DNA from: Alphaproteobacteria bacterium
GTDB lineage: Bacteria > Pseudomonadota > Alphaproteobacteria > JASGCL01
Length of the DNA: 64,000 nucleotides
Reading direction: 5' to 3'
Assembly: GCA_965262775.1 (NCBI GenBank)
Contig: CBDHFT010000006.1
Span: 323,437 to 387,436, forward strand
Within the stretch, counting starts at the first letter, position 1, and each line of letters starts with the position of its first letter. The translations under genes and the position numbers were made by a program. Shown here one piece after another: positions 60,713 to 64,000 of the stretch. Below the pieces are notes generated by a model. That model was given only the letters and a program-made list of their open reading frames with translations. It did no database searches and was not told where the DNA came from.

Positions 60713-61520
60713 AGTTTTATCTATTGCGGGGCTTGACCCGTCGGGCGGGGCGGGGGTGTTGGCGGATGTGAAAACATTCTCCGCCCTTGGTTGTTATGGC
60801 ATGGCGGTGGTAACCGCCATCACCGCGCAAAACACCCGTGGGGTAAGCGCGGTATTCGATGTATCGGCAACCGCGGTGCGTCAACAGTTAGAAAAAATTT
60901 TAGAAGATATCATGCCCGATGCTATCAAAATTGGCATGTTGTTTAATGAAGATATTATTTTCACCGTCGCCGATGTTTTGCAAAAAATGGTTTTGCCCAA
61001 AAAAATTCCTATCGTGCTGGATCCCGTCATGATGGCAAAAAGTGGCGATGCGTTGTTGCAACCTGCCGCCATGGCGGCCTTGAAAAAAAAATTGGTGCCC
61101 TTGACCGATATTATCACCCCCAATTTACGCGAAGCCGAAGCCTTGCTGGGTTGCGACACCATTACCGCAGAAACCATGGCAAGCCGCGCCAAGGAATTAT
61201 TAACATTGGGCAGTCAGTCGGTATTATTAAAGGGCGGGCATTTGGAACAAAATATGTCCGACGATTATTATGTGGGCGCAGATATGCCAAACGGTTTGTG
61301 GTTGACCGAGGCGCGGATAAAAACCAAAAACACCCATGGCACGGGTTGCACATTATCATCGGCCATCGCCAGTTATTTGGCAAAGGATTCGGGCAACCCC
61401 AAAAAAATGGCGGAGGCATGCCAAGAGGCTAAGCGGTATTTAACGGGGGCATTGCGCGCGGTGGAGCAAGGTTCGGTGGGCGGCGGCGCGGGGCCATTGC
61501 ATCATTTTTACCAACGATAA
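60702..61520 (+). CDS. thiD: hydroxymethylpyrimidine / phosphomethylpyrimidine kinase
   Basis: VLSIAGLDPSGGAGVLADVKTF, the GC-TLSSAIA motif region and the rest of the ThiD core; overlaps thiM by 11 nt. Confidence 0.88.
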   Translation: MKYKVLSIAGLDPSGGAGVLADVKTFSALGCYGMAVVTAITAQNTRGVSAVFDVSATAVRQQLEKILEDIMPDAIKIGMLFNEDIIFTVADVLQKMVLPKKIPIVLDPVMMAKSGDALLQPAAMAALKKKLVPLTDIITPNLREAEALLGCDTITAETMASRAKELLTLGSQSVLLKGGHLEQNMSDDYYVGADMPNGLWLTEARIKTKNTHGTGCTLSSAIASYLAKDSGNPKKMAEACQEAKRYLTGALRAVEQGSVGGGAGPLHHFYQR

Positions 61521-61837
61521 CAGCATGGTAAAATAACATATAAGAATATTATTTTTTAACTCAATATTGTAAAAAATATACAACCATCGCCATTTTTTTC
61601 AAAATATGGTTTGCGATTCGCTAATCTTATAGTATAATTTTTTTATATTTAAGGAAATGATGCTGTTTTGCTGATTAATGTTGCCTGGATAAAATTTTTG
61701 CTTGACAGATTTAAAGAAATAGTGGAAAGCAAGAATAGTAAAATAATAATCAAAAAAAAACATATAGAGAACATAAAATAGCGTATATTAATAAAAATAT
61801 AAAAGGGAACAAGCGTTACAATGTAAGCAATTTATCC

Positions 61838-61868
61838 TTTGTATCCAATAATTAATTGCAAGTAATAT
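61838..61868 (+). promoter_or_regulatory. putative sigma70-like promoter (TTGTAT-N18-TAATAT) for the FabH-like gene, followed by a 5' UTR palindrome
   Basis: Hexamers read at about 61838 and 61862. The palindrome ACTTAC-TTGAAT-GTAAGT lies at 61891-61908, and the RBS AAGGAAGG at 61926-61933. Confidence 0.3.
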
Positions 61869-61940
61869 AAATATCACATCAGCTAATCTAACTTACTTGA
61901 ATGTAAGTAAAAATTTTTTTAAGAAGGAAGGAATACAGAG

Positions 61941-62945
61941 ATGGCAAAACAAGAACACGGTTTTAAAATAGCAGGCATGGGGCGTTATTTGCCCAAACGT
62001 TGCGTTACATCAAAAGATATTGATAAAATGACGGGCATGTCGGAGGGTTATACCGAAGAACGCACCCACATCCATCAACGTTATTGGGTTTCGGAAGGGG
62101 AAACAACCCTGTCCATGGCCAAGGCAGCCTCGGAGGAGGCATTGAAAAAAGCGGGCATTACGATAGACGATGTTGGTTGCGTTATTAACGCGGGCGTTTT
62201 GGTGCCACAAATTATTCCTTCGACTTCTTCTTTGTTGTTGTATGAATTTGGTACATCGAAACAAGATTGTTTTGATGTCGATTGCACCTGCTTAAGTTTT
62301 GTTAAGGCCCTGGATATTGCCGATTCCTTGGCGCAAACCAAAGATTACAAACATATTCTTATATTCACCAGCGAAATTGCATCCTACGGGATTCAAGATG
62401 GCCATCATGATGTAAAAAGCCTGTTTGGCGACGGCGCGGTGGCGATGGTTTTGAGTAAAGAAAAAGGCGCGAAGTCGCATGTTATGGGTTCGGTATTCCA
62501 AGCCTTCCCCGATGGCGGCGCATTTAGCCAAGTACGTGGCGGCGGCACCCGCACGCACCCCAAGGCCAACAAAGGAACATTGCCCGAGCTAACAAGCTAT
62601 GACTTTGAAATGCAAGGTCCCAAGGTGTTTAAAGTGGCGAGCAAGAATTTCCCTGCCTTCATGAAGTCGGTGTTAGAAAAAGCCAATGTTAAAATGGAAG
62701 ATATTGATTATATCATCCCGCACCAAGCCAGTTATCAAAGTATTATTCAAATTCAAAGACGTTTGGGCGTCAACGATAACAAGGTTCTGCGCACCATTGA
62801 AAATTATGGCAACCAGGTTTCTGTTTCCATCCCCAATGCTTTTTACGAATTGTTTGATTCGGGGCAATTAAAATCGGGCGATAAGGTTATGTTCCTTGGC
62901 GCCGCCGCGGGTTTGGTATTGGGTGCGGTGGTATTGCAATACTAA
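61941..62945 (+). CDS. 3-oxoacyl-ACP synthase III (FabH-like / KAS III family) condensing enzyme, orphan and divergent
   Basis: Thiolase-fold protein with a Cys/His/Asn triad in FabH-like contexts (FDVDCTCLSF, IIPHQASYQSI, YGNQVSVSIP); 334 aa. Preceded by a 420-bp AT-rich non-coding region. Confidence 0.7.
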   Translation: MAKQEHGFKIAGMGRYLPKRCVTSKDIDKMTGMSEGYTEERTHIHQRYWVSEGETTLSMAKAASEEALKKAGITIDDVGCVINAGVLVPQIIPSTSSLLLYEFGTSKQDCFDVDCTCLSFVKALDIADSLAQTKDYKHILIFTSEIASYGIQDGHHDVKSLFGDGAVAMVLSKEKGAKSHVMGSVFQAFPDGGAFSQVRGGGTRTHPKANKGTLPELTSYDFEMQGPKVFKVASKNFPAFMKSVLEKANVKMEDIDYIIPHQASYQSIIQIQRRLGVNDNKVLRTIENYGNQVSVSIPNAFYELFDSGQLKSGDKVMFLGAAAGLVLGAVVLQY

Positions 62946-62975
62946 TAATTAATTATCATTTTTTTTAGATAATTC

Positions 62976-63344
62976 ATGAAAAAAAATAAGGGCTTGGTAT
63001 TTGGCGGTGCGGTGTTAGCATGGTTGCTGCCTATCGCGGTTAGTTTTTTCATGGTTGATGGTTCGACCACGCCCCATAGTTATAAACCCAATATTTATGT
63101 ATTTAAATTGGTGATGTTTATTTTGGCATCGGCCATTGCCTATTATTTTTATAAAAAATTGAGGGATAAAAAAGATTTGACCATTACGGTGGCGCATGTA
63201 TTTCTTGCGACTTCGGTCTTGCTTGACATGATATTGCTTGTGTCGGTTTTTAAAATGCCCTTTATGATATGGGTTGCAATGATATTGCCATTTTATCTGG
63301 TTGCCTTTTATGGGATTTACTTTTTGCTAAACTATAAGAAATAG
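62976..63344 (+). CDS. hypothetical small membrane protein (3-4 TM)
   Basis: 122-aa hydrophobic ORF between the FabH-like and MBL genes. Confidence 0.4.
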   Translation: MKKNKGLVFGGAVLAWLLPIAVSFFMVDGSTTPHSYKPNIYVFKLVMFILASAIAYYFYKKLRDKKDLTITVAHVFLATSVLLDMILLVSVFKMPFMIWVAMILPFYLVAFYGIYFLLNYKK

Positions 63345-63359
63345 TTTATCATCACCGCT

Positions 63360-64000
63360 GTGTTATCAGTAAAATTTTACCAGGCTGGTTTTTGTAAACA
63401 CCCTGAATGCGTGATGAGCGGGCGCATAACTTTAAGTGGTTTAAAAAATGTTTCTATCCCCATGGTGTGTACCCTTATCAAACACCCCAAACATGGGTTG
63501 ATGTTGTTTGATGTTGGGTATAGCGATAATTTTTTAAAAGCATCCGATAAAATGCCATATCGTTTGTATCGTATGGTAACCCCCGTTTCTATCGGTGAAA
63601 CCCTGGTCGAGATGTTGGAACGCGACGGTATTGATAAAAATGATATCAAATATATTTTTATTTCACATTTTCATGCTGACCATATATCGGCGGTCGATGA
63701 TTTCCCCCAAGCAAAAATTATTACCGCCCAGGCGGGTTATGATTATGCAAAAAAAAATAACGGGGTTTGCGGCGGTAAAAAAAGGATTATTACCCGATCT
63801 GATGACGTTGTTTAAGAAACGAAAATTTGAATTTATCGAAGATAAAAAACCTATCAAGGGGCATAAAAAACTTTATAATTTTATAACCCACGATATTTTT
63901 GGTGATGGTGCAATGGTGGCGGTTGATTTGCCCGGTCATGCACGTGGCCAGCATGGATTATATTTGCAAGATACCAACCGCGGAAAAGTATTTTTGGTGG
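63360..64000 (+). pseudogene. MBL-fold metallo-hydrolase (lactonase/thioesterase-like); the ORF-track frame stops at 63815 but homology continues in the +1 frame to the window end, with the frameshift at the A6/A7 run near 63777-63783
   Basis: HFHADH (HxHxDH) lies in the ORF-track frame. ...GLLPDLMTLFKK...HDIFGDGAMVAVDLPGHARGQHGLYLQD... (the PGH motif) lies in the other frame. The text as printed has A6 and gives one continuous frame, whereas the ORF track implies A7. Confidence 0.55.

Overview
This window reads as an alphaproteobacterial-type chromosomal segment, moderately AT-rich, densely coding on both strands and dominated by housekeeping genes. Coordinates follow the ORF track.

Core content, in order:
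- A truncated cytochrome b561 gene at the window start, then a complete potD-potB-potC-potA-like polyamine ABC transporter.
- ruvB, then the operon tmk-holB-metG-[inserted SAM methyltransferase]-tatD.
- A convergent pnp-rpsO pair with a shared hairpin terminator, then truB.
- ribD-nrdR-glyA, a COG0523 (CobW-like) GTPase, and the miaB-phoH-ybeY-corC block.
- ubiA, fdhD, ubiE, secB, tRNA-Lys, a LysE-family exporter and fabG-fabD.
- An aldo/keto reductase, an AT-rich hypothetical membrane protein, yidD and a YdeI-like protein.
- An orphan yejE/yejB-like permease pair next to an MttB-family methyltransferase.
- A Fur-family regulator and divergent tRNA-Thr / tRNA-Gly genes.
- ilvE, an SH3b protein, and the block mutT-argJ-(SurA-like PPIase)-rluC-miaA-ftsY-mtaB-tyrC.
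- An EamA transporter, comF, hldE, coaX, and tRNA-Ser followed by tandem hairpin repeats.
- A small VOC / TMEM175 / VOC / LTXXQ-like cluster, cydAB, and a GT11 fucosyltransferase coupled to an HMA-DoxX membrane protein.
- thiE-thiM-thiD, then an AT-rich region carrying an orphan FabH-like ketosynthase, a small membrane protein and an MBL-fold hydrolase that runs off the window end.

No transposase, integrase, CRISPR array or rRNA is visible.

Most notable observations:
1. At least six reading-frame breaks, in potD, yejB, cydA, thiE (two) and the terminal MBL gene, all sit exactly at homopolymer runs. This points to homopolymer-length errors or, less likely, real slippage-prone pseudogenes.
2. 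PNPase carries a ~100-aa RGG/Gly-Arg-rich C-terminal tail.
3. An AT-rich TylF/CmcI-like methyltransferase is embedded inside the otherwise conserved metG-tatD operon.
4. Many housekeeping proteins carry low-complexity insertions or tails.
5. The terminal FabH-like / membrane / MBL cluster, with a long AT-rich leader and palindromes, is a candidate small-molecule signal system.

The printed sequence appears one base short (last line 39 nt). After about position 63780 the ORF-track coordinates are +1 relative to the text as I read it.
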